The position numbers were made by a program, and so were the translations under genes. A model generated the notes under the pieces. The model was given only the letters and a program-made list of their open reading frames with translations. It was not told the DNA's origin and searched no databases. A stretch of 64,000 bases of DNA from Anthoceros angustus (Eukaryota; Plantae; Anthocerotophyta), in assembly GCA_010909165.1 (NCBI GenBank), contig VJWM01000025.1, positions 1,240,001 to 1,304,000 on the forward strand, written 5' to 3'. This document shows positions 23,786 through 36,842 of this stretch, piece by piece. Each line of letters opens with the position of its first letter. Positions within the stretch are counted from its first letter, which is position 1.

Positions 23786-24654
23786 GACCACGTTGAAACC
23801 AGAACCAGAAGCAGGCAATGCGGTCCGTACGGTGAAGGAGGCGGTTGGCAAGCCATCACCCGAGGCAGCGGGGAAGGAAAGGTGGAAATTGACGGGTAGT
23901 GGAAGAAACCCACATCTCAGTCCAGACCAGTCCAGTTTGCCACTTTCTAATCGACTTTCACGGATTCCTTTTCACTTTCTACCAGCGAGCACGCACACTC
24001 TCGCACGCGAGATTACAGTACATTGGCGAAGACGTGGCAGCCGTTTAGGCTTTGCCCACAGGACAGTGGGGAAACTTCGTTGCTGGTGGGTGACTCTCTG
24101 CCCAACAGCTCATTCCCATCCGGCAGCACCTGGGTCGGAGTCTGCACCTCGGTTTGGTCTCCCCAGCCCTGCCCTGCGCTTGACTCCAGTCTGCGCGTAG
24201 CTGACCCCATTTCGTCCGTTGCCTGCGCACTCGGTGTGATCTGCCAGCTGCTGGACGGGAATGCTGTGTACTGGCTGCTGAGCTATTGACTGGTCCCGAT
24301 CCAATTTCCTTCCTCCTTCCAATCCTGTCTTCCCGTCCGTCTTCCTTCCAATCCTGTCTTCCCTTCCTTCTTCCTTCCAATCCTTCAGTTCCGGGCTGAA
24401 ATTGTGTGTTCCCTTGCCGGATCGATTGATGCCAGAATAACAGGGAGAAGGGTATTTTATTTGGCTTGGGCTTGTTTCTCGTCTTGTTGGGCGTGCGGAT
24501 CCGCTGACCTTGCATGGGATGTGATGTGATTCCGGTGAGGAGAAGCCGGAATTGATCGGATGATCGGCATCCCTGGGTGACTGCAGCAAGAAGAGGAGGA
24601 GCAGCAGGAACGAGGAGGGCAGGAGAGCGGTGAAGCAGCAGCAGGAGTGTTGGG

Positions 24655-26463
24655 ATGGCGCCGGTGCAGCGGAAGCTGCGGAAGGCTCTGGGGGCCGTGA
24701 AGGACCAGACTAGCATCGGGCTGGCCAAGGTGGCCAGCTCCCGGGCCCCGGACCTGGACATAGCCGTGGTGAAGGCCACCAGCCATTCGGAGTCTCCCGT
24801 GGACGAGAAGTATGTGTATGACCTCCTGCAATTCATGTCCTACTCCCGCCAGTATGCCACAGCGTGCGTGGCGGCCGTAGCCAGGCGGCTGAACAAGACG
24901 CGGAACTGGGTTGTGGCGCTCAAGTCCCTCATGTTGGTGCATCGGCTGCTGCGGGACGGGGAACCCAGTTTTGAGGAGGAGTTCGGCCACGCCCAGCGCG
25001 GCATCCACATCCTGAACATGTCTGGGTTCAGGGATCAGTCCAGCTCTAGTGCCTGGGACTATTCTGGGTTTGTGCGGACTTACGCAATGTATCTGGATGA
25101 GCGTTTGAGGAGCTTTCCTCCCAGATCGCAAGACAACAAGCATGGAGGGCGAAGAGGACAGGGGGACTATCTCTCCAACCCGGGGGAACGGGAGGAGGAG
25201 GCACGCAACCCCAAGAAGGAGCTGCAGGCCACCAACATCAAGGACATGAAACCAGAAGCATTGCTTCAGAGACTGCCTGATCTGCAGCAGTTGCTGGATC
25301 GGGTGATAGGATGTCGTCCCACAGGTGCTGCAAGAGCGCATCGTCTGGTGCAGATTGCCTTGTATTCTGTCGTCATCGAGAGCAGCCTGATATACGCTGA
25401 TATATTTGATGGGGTCACCATTCTGCTGGATGGCTTTTTCGACCTGGAGTACAACGACTCTGTCAAGGCCTTGGACATTTACAAGTTGTCGGCCAAGCAA
25501 GCTGCCAGCATTACCTCCTTCTATGTGCTGTGTAAGAACATCGGTATAGGTAGGCCTGTAGATTACCCCAATGTGCAGTCTGTGTCTCAGGACAGCGTGG
25601 ATACGTTTGAAGATTACGTGAGGAACATGCCCAAGGGTGGGGGTAGACGGCGGAGCAGGAGCCCTGAGCCACAGGTTCTGAGGGTGGATCCTCCCCCACA
25701 AGCAGAGCCCGCCAAGCCCTTGGGTGACAAGGTTGAGAGGTCTCTCGAGTGGTCCAACGGGGGAAGTGCACAGGAGCGGAACAAGGGTGATGATCTCTTG
25801 AACATGGATGAACCAGCTATATCAGCGGATGAGCAGCAGAACAGCCTTGCGTTGGCTCTGTTTTCGGAGTCCACATCTACGCCGAAATGGGAACCCTTTG
25901 GACTAGCAAGCGACCAAGCAGGTCCTCCAAATGGGACAGCCACATCAGCAGAGACAGAGACGGGACAGGCTGGGTGGGAGTTGGCTCTGGTGGAGGAATC
26001 AACAAACATCCGGGCTGCACACAGGGCCCAGATGGCAGGTGGGTTTGACAACCTACTCCTGGAGAGCATGTACGAGCAGGGAGCAGCTGTGCAGCAGGCT
26101 GCGGCGGCGACCTCCTTCATCGGCGGCAGTGCCAGCAGTGTGGCTCTCCCCAACCGACCTGCGTCGTCCTTCTTGGCACTGCCAGCCCCTCCTGGTGCTG
26201 CACCTTTGCCCACAGCAGGAGGGGAGGACCCTTTTGCGGCTTCTGCTGTCGTGCCCCCTCCTGCTTATGTGCAGATGGCAGACCTGGGGAAGAAGCAATC
26301 GTTGCTACAGCAGGAGCAGCAAGCATGGCAAAGGTATCAGGCGGATGGAATGCAGGGATATAACGGCTTCATGAGAGTAAACAACAATCCTTACCTGACA
26401 GGTGCACTCAGCTTCAACTCTAACCGCAGAATGCAGGGTCCAGGGCCTTATGCACAGTACTAG
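24655..26463 (+). CDS. ANTH-domain clathrin assembly protein (PICALM/AP180 family), intronless CDS
   Basis: LRKALGAVKDQTSIGLAKV, DIAVVKATSH, NWVVALKSL, GWELALV, GGFDNLLLESMY, DPFAAS, PPPAYVQM. Confidence 0.95.
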   Translation: MAPVQRKLRKALGAVKDQTSIGLAKVASSRAPDLDIAVVKATSHSESPVDEKYVYDLLQFMSYSRQYATACVAAVARRLNKTRNWVVALKSLMLVHRLLRDGEPSFEEEFGHAQRGIHILNMSGFRDQSSSSAWDYSGFVRTYAMYLDERLRSFPPRSQDNKHGGRRGQGDYLSNPGEREEEARNPKKELQATNIKDMKPEALLQRLPDLQQLLDRVIGCRPTGAARAHRLVQIALYSVVIESSLIYADIFDGVTILLDGFFDLEYNDSVKALDIYKLSAKQAASITSFYVLCKNIGIGRPVDYPNVQSVSQDSVDTFEDYVRNMPKGGGRRRSRSPEPQVLRVDPPPQAEPAKPLGDKVERSLEWSNGGSAQERNKGDDLLNMDEPAISADEQQNSLALALFSESTSTPKWEPFGLASDQAGPPNGTATSAETETGQAGWELALVEESTNIRAAHRAQMAGGFDNLLLESMYEQGAAVQQAAAATSFIGGSASSVALPNRPASSFLALPAPPGAAPLPTAGGEDPFAASAVVPPPAYVQMADLGKKQSLLQQEQQAWQRYQADGMQGYNGFMRVNNNPYLTGALSFNSNRRMQGPGPYAQY

Positions 26464-27132
26464 GGACGGCTACAACGTTCCGTCAGCTACTTCACTTTTT
26501 TCCATGTTTGGACACCCAGCTCGTCATCAGATTTCTGGTCGGGTCACGGTTTTGAGATTCAGCATTATCCTTGTTACGACATTGCTGCATTCGGGTTTCG
26601 GAGTTGCATTTGAGCGTTTTTGTGGACTCATTCATTCTATTACCAGTAGACGCGGATTTTGACCCAATTCTTGTACTAAATTCTTCCACCACATAGCATG
26701 GGCCTCTCAATTGCAGCAGTTGTTTGAACATCGTAAGTATGTAGACGAGCATAATTGAGGTTATTCGGTGCGACGTCTGTACCTACCTGCGACCAGGCAC
26801 CACGTATATTTCATGCTTACATGATCCATGATTGACCAAGGCGTCAAGTTTCAGGGCCATGTCATAATCCTGACAGCCCAACAATGAGTGTTCTAAAATT
26901 CTCTGCCTAGCATCTACAACTAACAATCTACGAAGCAGCTTAGCACAAGCAAATCCCACCAGATTGACGATTTTCTATTGGCTCCAGAAGGAGGAAGGAA
27001 GTGCCGTGCCTGCCTTTCAGGCTTCTCCCAAAGCAACCCATACCTCCAAGCAGAGAGACAACGCATGGCTGGAGCAGGATGACAGAACGTGCTTCCAGTC
27101 TTATGACGTCGTGCTGAAAACATTGGTTATTT

Positions 27133-28895
27133 TTAAAGAGCAGCCCCGAGGTCGAAGTCCATTGTGTGGTCGTATTGGATCGTGGGAATGACTGAGGCTA
27201 CAAACTTGAGAAACAAGAAAAGGTACCTGCGAGACGAGTAAGCAAGACAGATCCTTAGACATGGATATTAATCCACAACCCCAAGTCCTCAAATGCCACT
27301 TGATGATCACTTACTTATCAACTTCCGGGTCAACCCCTCTTGACATGAGACCATCTATCATCTTCTTCATAACAGCACCGTGCCGGCAGGGATGCACTGA
27401 TGCGTGCTTTCCTGTGAGGTGTGGATGATCCTCAATGGTAACCTGAACACGATTCAAGCCGATCAGGTCAGTCAACCCGTGGTTACCTCTTTTGCAGAAG
27501 CCATGGCTAGCTAAAGAGGGAAAAGATTGCAGACCGTCTTTCGAGCATGATCTTGACTGACATCCTCCATTACGAGCTCGGGTTGAAGCAGCATGTGATT
27601 CTGGACACCCAGCATCTCCGTTGTTATTTTGAGTCTGTGAAGCTTGCGACAGTAGGCAGAAAGGTCCAGCAGCCTAGCTTACCTCATCATAGCCAGTTAA
27701 CCAGACCCTTGGTGTTTGATAGTACTGATCATACCTGAAAAGGAGTAAAACCAAGGAGGAGTAAAAATCCAGGCAAGGCCAAAGTACAACCACAATACTA
27801 GAAGTCAAGCGCTGGAAAGCAGCTCACATACGTTATGCTAACATCATAAGTGCGTGTGCGAAGAATGTTGTCATCTTCTGGCTCGTGAGCAACCAGGTAG
27901 GTTGGTGGCAAGGTGGCCTGCACAAGTTTTTGCAATTTTGGGCACTTCGGTGCGAAAAGAGTGCAAGCAAGGGACAAGACCAGGCGAGCGGCGACATGGT
28001 CAAGACAACACGACCCTGTGGATACATACCGCATCCTCCATGTTCTGACTGCCCTCAAACTCTGACATGTCTGGAACATCATCGTCCTCAACAGACGCAT
28101 AGCTTGGGATTATTCTGCTCCCCTGTCTCTGAACGCTCTCAGGCACAGTACCCGTAACGCTATCCAAATCCGCGTCATCATCCATCGACGGAACATTCTC
28201 CTCGTCCCCCTTAGTTCCTATAACACCCGCTCTGTACACAATGAGTGTCATCAACCACAAAATAACATTGCAAAGTCTGCTGCAGCACCACACAATTGGT
28301 TCCACACCAGCAGACAGACAGCAACAAGAGCCATATAAAAAAGGCCAATCACCTCGGGGAGCACCATGTGTCGCCCACCAGCCTCCATCATCGTCGTTAT
28401 CCACCAAGACTTCTCCCCCTGCTGCTACATAGTCGTCCTCAACCGAAGCAGCCCTCTTAAAGCATGGCACTGCAATTCACAATGACAGTCAGTACGGGAT
28501 CCGAACACCCGGCTCCTTCACGCAAACAGGCTCAGACAGCATACATGTCCCCACGTTACCTTACCATTCCGAGTGATAAGAAACTGCTTGTCAGGAAGCA
28601 AATACGACCTCCGCTTATTGGAATCACCAGACTCCCTACACAAGCAGCAACAGCAGCTCCAATGAAATTGTGCTACGCCTTCGACACAAGCACTGGAGAG
28701 GAATAATTGTGAACAGCAGTGGAGAGGCACTGACCAGGCCCAAGTCGGGCACTTGGCCACCAGATTGTCCCCTGCTTGGATAAACTCCTCGGGGGTGAGC
28801 ACACCCTTCTCCTTGAAGGCTGACACGGAGCGGGGGGCCGTGATCCTCTCCACAGCCACCTTAAATGCATCATGGATCTTCTGCGACAACACCAT
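27133..28895 (-). CDS. ATG3: Autophagy E2-like enzyme ATG3, multi-exon
   Basis: FKEKGVLTPEEFIQAGDNLVAKCPTWAW, KQFLITRN, NILRTRTYDVSITY, catalytic SVHPCRH near 27390, and last exon YLFLFLKFVASVIPTIQYDHTMDFDLGAAL*. Confidence 0.95.
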
Positions 28896-29673
28896 CCTGC
28901 CTGGATGCAGCAGCGCTCAGATTCCCCTCGCCCTCGGCTTGCAGAGTACGCAGAGCTCCAGGGTCGCAGCAAACCCTCGCCTCTGCCTTTCCTCACCAGT
29001 GTCGTCCCCCAGCCAGAAGATTTCAGAGCTCCCAACAGGATTCCGCCGTGCAGACGAGGAGATTGTAGGGTTTGTGGTATCCGCCTGTGTCGTGCCCTGC
29101 CCTGTCCTACCCTGCCCGCGACCTTTCCACTCGCGCTTTGTTTCGGACTGTGTGTGTTGTGTCTTCCTGTCTCCCTGCACGATGTTCTTATATATAGTGT
29201 ACAAGACACACAAGGTTGCTGCTACAGAGAGACCTGCTATCTGAGCCAATTACGCCTCTTCGATTTCTTATTAGGCAGGTTGGTTTTTAATGTGTGTCCA
29301 AATGGCTTAGGCTTACGCCAAATGGGCACACATTTATAACAACATCCTGCGCCTTGATTGGTACATGGGGGGTGCCTGTACAAGGTGTGAAGTACAAGTC
29401 CCATAACAGGAAAATTCTTCTACATATGTACGTACTGTATGTACCTAGCTAGGTACAGCATGAGTTATACCCTTTCTAGAAAGAGAAAATTGCGTGTAGA
29501 AAGAGAAAATTGCGCCATTTCGCCGACTTCCCTCTCCGCTGAAGGACGTTAATGCGTGCCAAGATGGAAGCTCTTCCCTCGCTTGCAACCATAGTGTCGA
29601 TTGAGATTCACGACCCGATGGAATCTCTTACCACGCTTACAACCAGACTGCGGATCGAGATCCAAGACCCGCA

Positions 29674-29964
29674 ATGAAGGGCGGATGGATGCGAGGGCAA
29701 GGGCGAGGGAAAGGGCGGTATGCACAGCAGGCTGATTCAGACGAGGAGGAGGAGCAACAGCAGCAGCAGCAGCGGCAGGAGGCGAAGAAGGCAGTGCCGG
29801 TTCTGCGAAGGGTCAGGACCAGCACGCCGCAGGCAGGCGAGGGAGGAAGCGGCAGGGGCAAAGGCAGCAGCTCCCGAGAGCAGCCCAAAAAGGCCAGCAA
29901 TCAGAATCAGGAGCAAGCCCAAGCTGCGCATCAGCAAGCTGTTCTGCAGAGCCTGGCCACGTGA
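29674..29964 (+). CDS. Short low-complexity Q/G/K-rich hypothetical ORF
   Basis: 96-aa ORF with coding-like composition; no recognisable domain. Confidence 0.25.
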   Translation: MKGGWMRGQGRGKGRYAQQADSDEEEEQQQQQQRQEAKKAVPVLRRVRTSTPQAGEGGSGRGKGSSSREQPKKASNQNQEQAQAAHQQAVLQSLAT

Positions 29965-30628
29965 GGGACAGAACATGCACATTACATGGATTTCGTGCAT
30001 CACTCTTCTGGAGGACTGGAAAGGATGATGCAATGCATTTCTGATTGCAACAGGTATCTGGAAGGGGAGCTCATGGTGCGCCTCAAGGCCTTCGCGGAAC
30101 TCACTGCCGAGGTAACGATTTGCGTACAGGGTTGAAGGATGCAGGACGTACCTGTGGGTAGTGATAATATTCCATGGGTGCATCGCGTTGCAGGTGGAGT
30201 CCGTGAGCAATGAGCGTCTCTTCTACCGTGACAAATTGTGTCAGATCGAGAAGGTGAGGATTACAAGCCACAAACCATTCCACTCAGCACGTAAAAGGAT
30301 AATAGTCACACTGGTGATAACAAAACTGTTGGCAGGGCAGGTGTGCGAGAAAGCACAGCCACTGGGCTCGGCAGTCCCGCTAGTCGAATCTGTGCTAGCC
30401 ATTCTCAGAACAACTGCCGACCAGCCTCACCTTCCTACCAGAGACAGCAGCAACGGCAGGCAGTAGGGCCCCAGTGACATATGCTCAAGGACCCCTAAGA
30501 GGTGTCGGACAACCATACCATAGAAGGGGCAAAGGGCAGACAGACAAGTTGCTGCTGCTGCTCGAGCAACCAAAAGAATGTAACACCTATACCTCACCTA
30601 ATACTACTACAGCTGCTACCGCTCCTAC

Positions 30629-31323
30629 TCAACCTTCCAGCTCCTTGCCGACGAAGGGCTTGTGGGCAAACTCCTCCTCCTCCTTGGGGGAGTGGATGGT
30701 GACCATATCAGGGAGCGGCGTCATGGGACCCTGCTTGCCCTTGGGATCCCAGTCCAGCATGATCTTCACCTTGATACCCAGCACGCCCTGCCGGAGCAGC
30801 ACATGCCTGACAGCGCTGTCGATGTACTCGTTCACCGGGCTGCCGGAGGAGATCATGTAGCCGTCCTTGAACTTCATGGACTTGGCTCGCTGCGCACGAA
30901 GCTTGCCGCTCACAATCACCTCACACCCCTTCGCCCCGCTCTCCATGATAAACCTGAGCACTCCGTAGCAGGCCCTGCGCACCGCCAGCCCGCCCAGCAG
31001 CTTGTAGCGCAGAGACTCGGCCTGCGCGATGGCGCACAGCCCCCGGTTGTTCACCTTCTCCGCGTACAGCTCCACCGTGCCCTCGGGGAAGCTGAATCGC
31101 TTCTGCACGGCGGACGTGAGCTCTCGGATGCGCCTCCCCTTCTCCCCCAGCACGTTCTGCGTGCGGGTGGCCCGGATGATGATCTCGGTGCGCATGGGCG
31201 TCACCCGAACCTCCACCCCGGAGTACCCGTCCTCCGCCAGCTCCCTTGTCAGCATCTCATTCAGCTCCGCGAAGAAAACTCCATCCGCCACGAACTGCAA
31301 ATCCGTCCCCGCGCACCAGTGTC

Positions 31324-31359
<36 letters not shown>

Positions 31360-31542
31360 GAGGAGCCATCACCATCACCGGACCCAAAACCCTAGCTGCA
31401 TCCAGCATCCATACATCCCTGCGGCAACGAATTCAGCAACAGCAGCACACTGCAAATTCTGCTGCAAACAAAATGCAGCTGCGGATTCAGAGAAGGAGCC
31501 CGCCAATCCAACCTTTCGCTTCTTGCTCATCTGAGTAGCCAT
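30629..31542 (-). CDS. RPS3: 40S ribosomal protein S3 (uS3); exons 31542-31513 and 31294-30629
   Basis: [10 protein letters not shown] / [13 protein letters not shown]...[19 protein letters not shown]...[17 protein letters not shown]. Confidence 0.97.
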
Positions 31543-31635
31543 GGCTGCCGAAGAATCGAAGCAAGCGCGGGCACTGCTGGTGGTGCAAGCGTACACCTGC
31601 GAAAAGAGAAACCTATGATGGACCCAAGGCCTCTT

Positions 31636-31655
31636 AACCCTAGCCCTAACCCTAA
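31636..31655. promoter_or_regulatory. Telo-box-like repeats upstream of RPS3
   Basis: aaccctagccctaaccctaa; such motifs are typical of plant ribosomal protein gene 5' regions. Confidence 0.5.
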
Positions 31656-34600
31656 AATAGTGTACTCGAGACCCGGCTACTAAACGCAGAAAACGCAGCA
31701 CACCATTTGAGTGTTGAGATTAGTAAGCGCATACAGTACATATAAAGAACAGCCGGGTCTCGGACTCTGTTTCTGTTTTCCAAATGCAAGCTTGAAAGAG
31801 CAATGCGCTCGTGCGGTGCGTTTGATGATATCCTCAAACACACAAGTCGGCAATCCTTACATGTTCAGAAGGCGTCTTGCAGCATTAGCAATGGACAGTG
31901 GAGTGACTTCGAAACCGTGCAAGCTGCATTTGAGGCTTTTGGAACACGCACAATCCCCAGAAAAATTCAAGCCTTTAGAGCCCTCGAAACCTCAAATGCA
32001 GCTTCCCGAGATACGTCATCAAAGTTGCCCGCTGCGCATTCCACCCCCGTTGCCAATGCTGCAAGAAGACATCCTGTAAAGATGCAGGGATTGCCATATT
32101 TTTTCTTGCGAGGATCTGTAGCAATCAAGCACTTGCTTGGACCGGCCTGGACAAGGCGAAGGTACCTAGAATGTAATGGTGTGAAATTTATTGGACGACG
32201 AGAGGCGAGCCGTCGCTGTCAAGTGGCAGGACAGGGGACCTGATGCTCGATTTGTGAGGTTCCGCACATAGACATGCGGGAGAGGAGGAGTCGGGAGCGG
32301 GAATGAGTGCAACAGGTTTGATGATACGAGAGAGCGATGCATCATAGTACCGGCCCGGCCCGGACTGCATCATTTCCGCCTCTTTCACAACAAACGCAGT
32401 GGAAAACTTCTCAGCAGGAAAGCGGGGACATGCCAAGACGCCGACGGCTCCTGCCGTCTCAACACCATGCCATGTTCTCCGCCTCAGGAGCGAAGATTAG
32501 GTCACGGAATTGTGGAGTATCATGCCCCGAACGCTGTCCTGTGGTGCGTCGGGTGATATGTATGCTGGATGTCTGTTTCTGTCCGTTTGGTACCGCACTA
32601 CGGTGGCGATGGGTGGTGACAGTGCTCCACGCTCCACCACAAATTTTTAACAGAAGGGCCATGGCTACAGCCACTGTATCACGTGAGTTTGTGTGACAAG
32701 GACCAAGGACCCGGGACTTGGAGGCCTGGAAGCCTGGAGGCTGTGCTTGAGTGTGGAATTGCAGGAGCAAGTATGTGTACACATGTGCAGAAGGCGAGAG
32801 ATGAACAGGGTGATCTAAAACGTCACATGATCGGTGACCTACCCAGCCTCCCGGGTGAGCAACTGACAAATCCTATTTGACAGAACAAAGTGAAGCCGGC
32901 AACCCTATTTGAAAGAAGAAAGTGGCACCGACCAAGCCCAAGTGTTGACAAATAAGCTGCAGATACCTAGACGTGCTGATATCATACTGTTCCTGAGTCC
33001 CCAAAGTGAGACACACACCACTTTAGCAGCGGCAAGCAGCAGAGCTGTGCAAGGTGCAAGTGCAGCATGCCCATCATGAGGGGACGGGACGGCCAAGGCG
33101 TCCAAAACGTGTGTTCCCCTCTCCGGTGGCCGGGGCCGGAGCAGGAGCAGGGACCGGAGCTGGAGCTGGACTTGGATTGATTGATGCTCTGCTCTGCTGA
33201 CGCTGCTGCTGATTGGAGCGTTGAGGTCAGACAGCGCACACCCGGTGTTTTGTGCTTGCATGCCATGACATGTGTCCTCCAGATGCCAGTCCATGTTTGT
33301 GGTGCAGTCTGTCACAGTTGGTGCAACACTAGTGTCATTCTGGTAGCACTTCCGTCTTCATCGGAGAGTTCCACTTCTGCCCAGTGTAAGTTCACCTAAT
33401 ACCTGTGGCTTTTCCCTTCCCCGGAGGTTAACCTGCTCGTTCCAATGCATCCCATGGCCCTGCCCTGCCCTGCCGTTGCCTTTGCTTGGCACCCCGGATG
33501 AGGCCTCCGGAGTTGCCAGATTCCCCTGGAACTTCTCCCTGAATACCACCTTACTTACCTGTACAGGTGGGAATACTACACTGCTGCACCAGTCTAGCAC
33601 GTTGTCCAGGGCATTGCATTCCACCCTAGTGTCCAGCCCAGCGACACCTCACACTGTTAGGGACACCTCACCGAATCTCCCCCCCTTCTCCAAAGCTCCA
33701 AAGAAGTCTGTTGTCTGAGATTCATCCTTTGTACCACAGAGCTTTTCATGCCTGTTTCATCCTTATCACGTGTCATATGCTTGCTGCACCCGGACCCGGA
33801 GCGTGTGTCACCTCACAGCCAGCTCCCACAACCACAGGCCTCCCGCATCGGTTTAGTCACCCTTGCCGGGTCTCCAACGTGATTCCCTCCGGGTTGCGGC
33901 TCCGATTATGCACTTTTACCAACACCTGGCTCCCGACTTGCTCCTCCTCTCCAGACCTACTTTGCCACCAAACCCATGAATCGAATTAAGGTGACGTTCC
34001 CTCTCCACGTCACGGACGATATCTTACATCCATCACGCCAGAGAACACCATCGGGTTCGTGCTGCCATCCATCCATCCATCCATCCACATCCCTACCATG
34101 TCATGCCATGCCGTATGGCCATCCCCAAGGCGGAAACCGTAATAACCGCAGTGGATGAAGATCTTGCCGTGAGGAAGGATTGGCGGAGGCCAGATCCCAG
34201 CGGCAGCCTCGCATCATCGGGTCATGAGGCTCGCAGTCCAGCGACGGGAAACTGACTGCCCAGGCTGGCCCCATGATTGCCCCAACCAACCGCTGGCCCA
34301 GAAACCCTAGACGTGTCGAGGGCGACGGAACGCAAACGGCTAACCGCCGGTCGAGCCGGTCGAGCCGGTCGAAACTGTTGCCCGTCAACCGAAGGGTGAC
34401 TGTTCGACCGGAATGAGGCAATGAGGCGGCGTCCCCTCGTCCATTGGGGGATGGGACGTCGCTCTCTCTCTCTCCTTCCATTTCGCCTTCGTCTTTTGTC
34501 TGCTGCTGCTCTTTTGCGTTTGCCTTTGGGCTGGGACGCTGGGAATCGGATGGATCCAGTCTGTCATTGTCTAGCGAGACAGGGAACAAGGACGCCGACG

Positions 34601-34939
34601 CCGACGACGGAGGATGGAATTTGTGGCCATGGTGTTTGCTCAGGTTACCTCAGATCCGATTCCTCCCTCTGATAAACCTGTGCAACATTGTGCTCTGTGG
34701 GCATACGAATGGTGAGGTGAAGAAGAGGATGGAGAAGGGCCAGGCAGCTATAGGTAGTCGAAATGATGGCTACCGCTGCCTGAGGCCTAGGCCTGTCACC
34801 CATCAACCCGTACCAGCCATGTCCTCCCGCGGCCGCTCCGGAAGGGGGAAGGGGCGCTCATAGCGTTGCAGGCTGTACTGTATGTGTGTGAGTACTCCTG
34901 CGAGGGCGGCCTGGCCCTCTCAGCCTGGTTCCGGCTTAG

Positions 34940-36440
34940 GCCTGCTGCTGCACCTGCACCTGCACCTGCACCTGATACAGTTGCTCTCGGACTCCGATTC
35001 CCCTGCTATACCACTAGTAGGTAGTCTGGCTGCTGGGCCTGACAGACAAATCTGGAATCTCCACGGCTGTTGCTACAGGTGTCTGCAGGCAGGCTCACCG
35101 CCCACCTGTTTGACTACGCCCAAGAGAAGGGGAAGAGGAAAAGAAAGGGGTTCTGTAAAGGGAGGATAGCCACAACAATTCCAAAGGGGGCAATGGAGGA
35201 GATCCAAGCTTCTCCCGTGCTAGTACCTACCGTGCGGGTATCGTGACACCACACCACATGACGCGCAACAAGTGCTTTCACCCAGCTCCTTCTTCTTCTC
35301 CGAGTCCTAAGCCTCTCTCCCCAACCAGATTCGGCCAGACAGTAGTGGTCGGCTAGCTTTTGCAACGCCTGGTAACCTGCCTGCTGCTGTTGCCATTGTC
35401 ATTGCCATTTGCCATTGTGCTTGCGCTTGCACTTGCGCTTGCGCTTGCCTTGCCGTCTTCATCTCCATCTCCATGTCTTCTCTCACTTGTCACATCTTCG
35501 CCTGCCCCTTTCATCCTTTCTTTCTAGACTCCTCCCGCTCGGCCTGCTGCTGCTGCTGCTGCTCCTTTTGGTCGGATCTGCCGTATATATAATTAGATGA
35601 AATTGCCTTCTCTCGGGCATCATTCCGCCTTCAGGAGTGTGTCCCAGGCCTGCTGCAGTCCCGCCGGGCGCCCGCTTCCGCCTGCACACACACACTGCAA
35701 ACCAAAGCAGAGCAGTGCAGTGCAGTGCAGTGCAGCAGTGCGGTTCTGTCCGGTGGAGTCTGACAGTAGTGCACCCTGCACCCTCCAGTCCAGTCCGGAT
35801 TGCAGTGCAGTGTGCCGTGCTTCTGCTTCTGCTTCTGCTTTGCTTTGCTCTGCTGACAGTGTGCTTGGCATTGCATTGCATTGCATTGCGATTGCGATTG
35901 CGATTGCGATTGCAATTGCAATTGCAATTTCAATCGCATTTCGTCCTCTTGAACCATGTCCCGCTGCTCACTCATCTGATCAATCCATGCATATGGATGC
36001 TCCCTTCCCACGGCTGCTGGCTTGTACCATCGCTTTGGCAATCATTCTTAGCCACTCGGACTACTAGCTGGGCACATAGAGTTCCATTCTCAGTGAATGA
36101 GCTGATTCTTCTCCGGCACTTGTAAGTTTCCCAGTCTCATGTGTGTAGCTTTCAATCTCTGTGCTCCGGATCCTTCTTCTCTTCAATTCATCCACTGGCA
36201 GGCCTCGAGTGCTCACTCAGTCAGGATAACTGAGGATTTCATGTCTACACCTTGAATGTGGCTGCAGCTGACAGTGTCGGCACCTTGGATACGAAGGTAG
36301 TGTGCGCAAGCTTGTGTGAGCCCGACACTTTGTGGGTCTATCATACACTCTCAGCCTTGGTCACTGTCACAAGCTCAATTGCTTTGTGTAACAGCCAGGC
36401 TCAGGCTCAGGCTCAGGCTCAGGCTGAGGCTCAGGCTGAG
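34940..36440. repeat. Cluster of penta- and hexanucleotide microsatellites upstream of the NPF gene
   Basis: (CACCTG)n, (TTGCGC)n, (GCAGT)n, (CTTCTG)n, (ATTGCG)n and (GGCTCA)n. Confidence 0.7.
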
Positions 36441-36842
36441 AGCACAGGCGTCTACCGCGTCACCTCTCCTTGCTTTCTCCTTGGAACTCCGTGGCAGCTG
36501 AACAGGCTGCCCTTGCATGTCCTCGACTGGCCTGGAAACCGCTCCCTCGGGTGACTCAAGACATTGCTCACAATCAGCGGACCTTCGGCCTCTCCTCCAC
36601 AACATCGCAGAATGCCGAGCAGCAGATCTGGCAGTCACTGACAGCTCCCCCTTCGCCTCAGCGCATTTGATTCAGCAAGCCAGGGAAACCTGCAGCTCAA
36701 TCCCCGGGCAGATCTCTTGGAACACTGCTTGTGCTCGGGATGACGCAGAGGTGCATTTGAGAATTCGAGGGAATCTCCGGAGCCCCGCGCCTGCAACAGG
36801 ACAACGCTCCATACACACACAGGAGCTACTGTCGTCATCACC

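Noticed and set aside
24457-25701. 414-aa ORF on the - strand
   Set aside because: Antisense shadow of the GC-rich ANTH CDS; no domain.
30662-31534. 290-aa + strand ORF over RPS3
   Set aside because: Antisense shadow caused by strong GC3 codon bias.
35483-36125. Several 130-160 aa ORFs in multiple frames
   Set aside because: Produced by hexamer and pentamer microsatellites (IAIAIA, RLRLRL).
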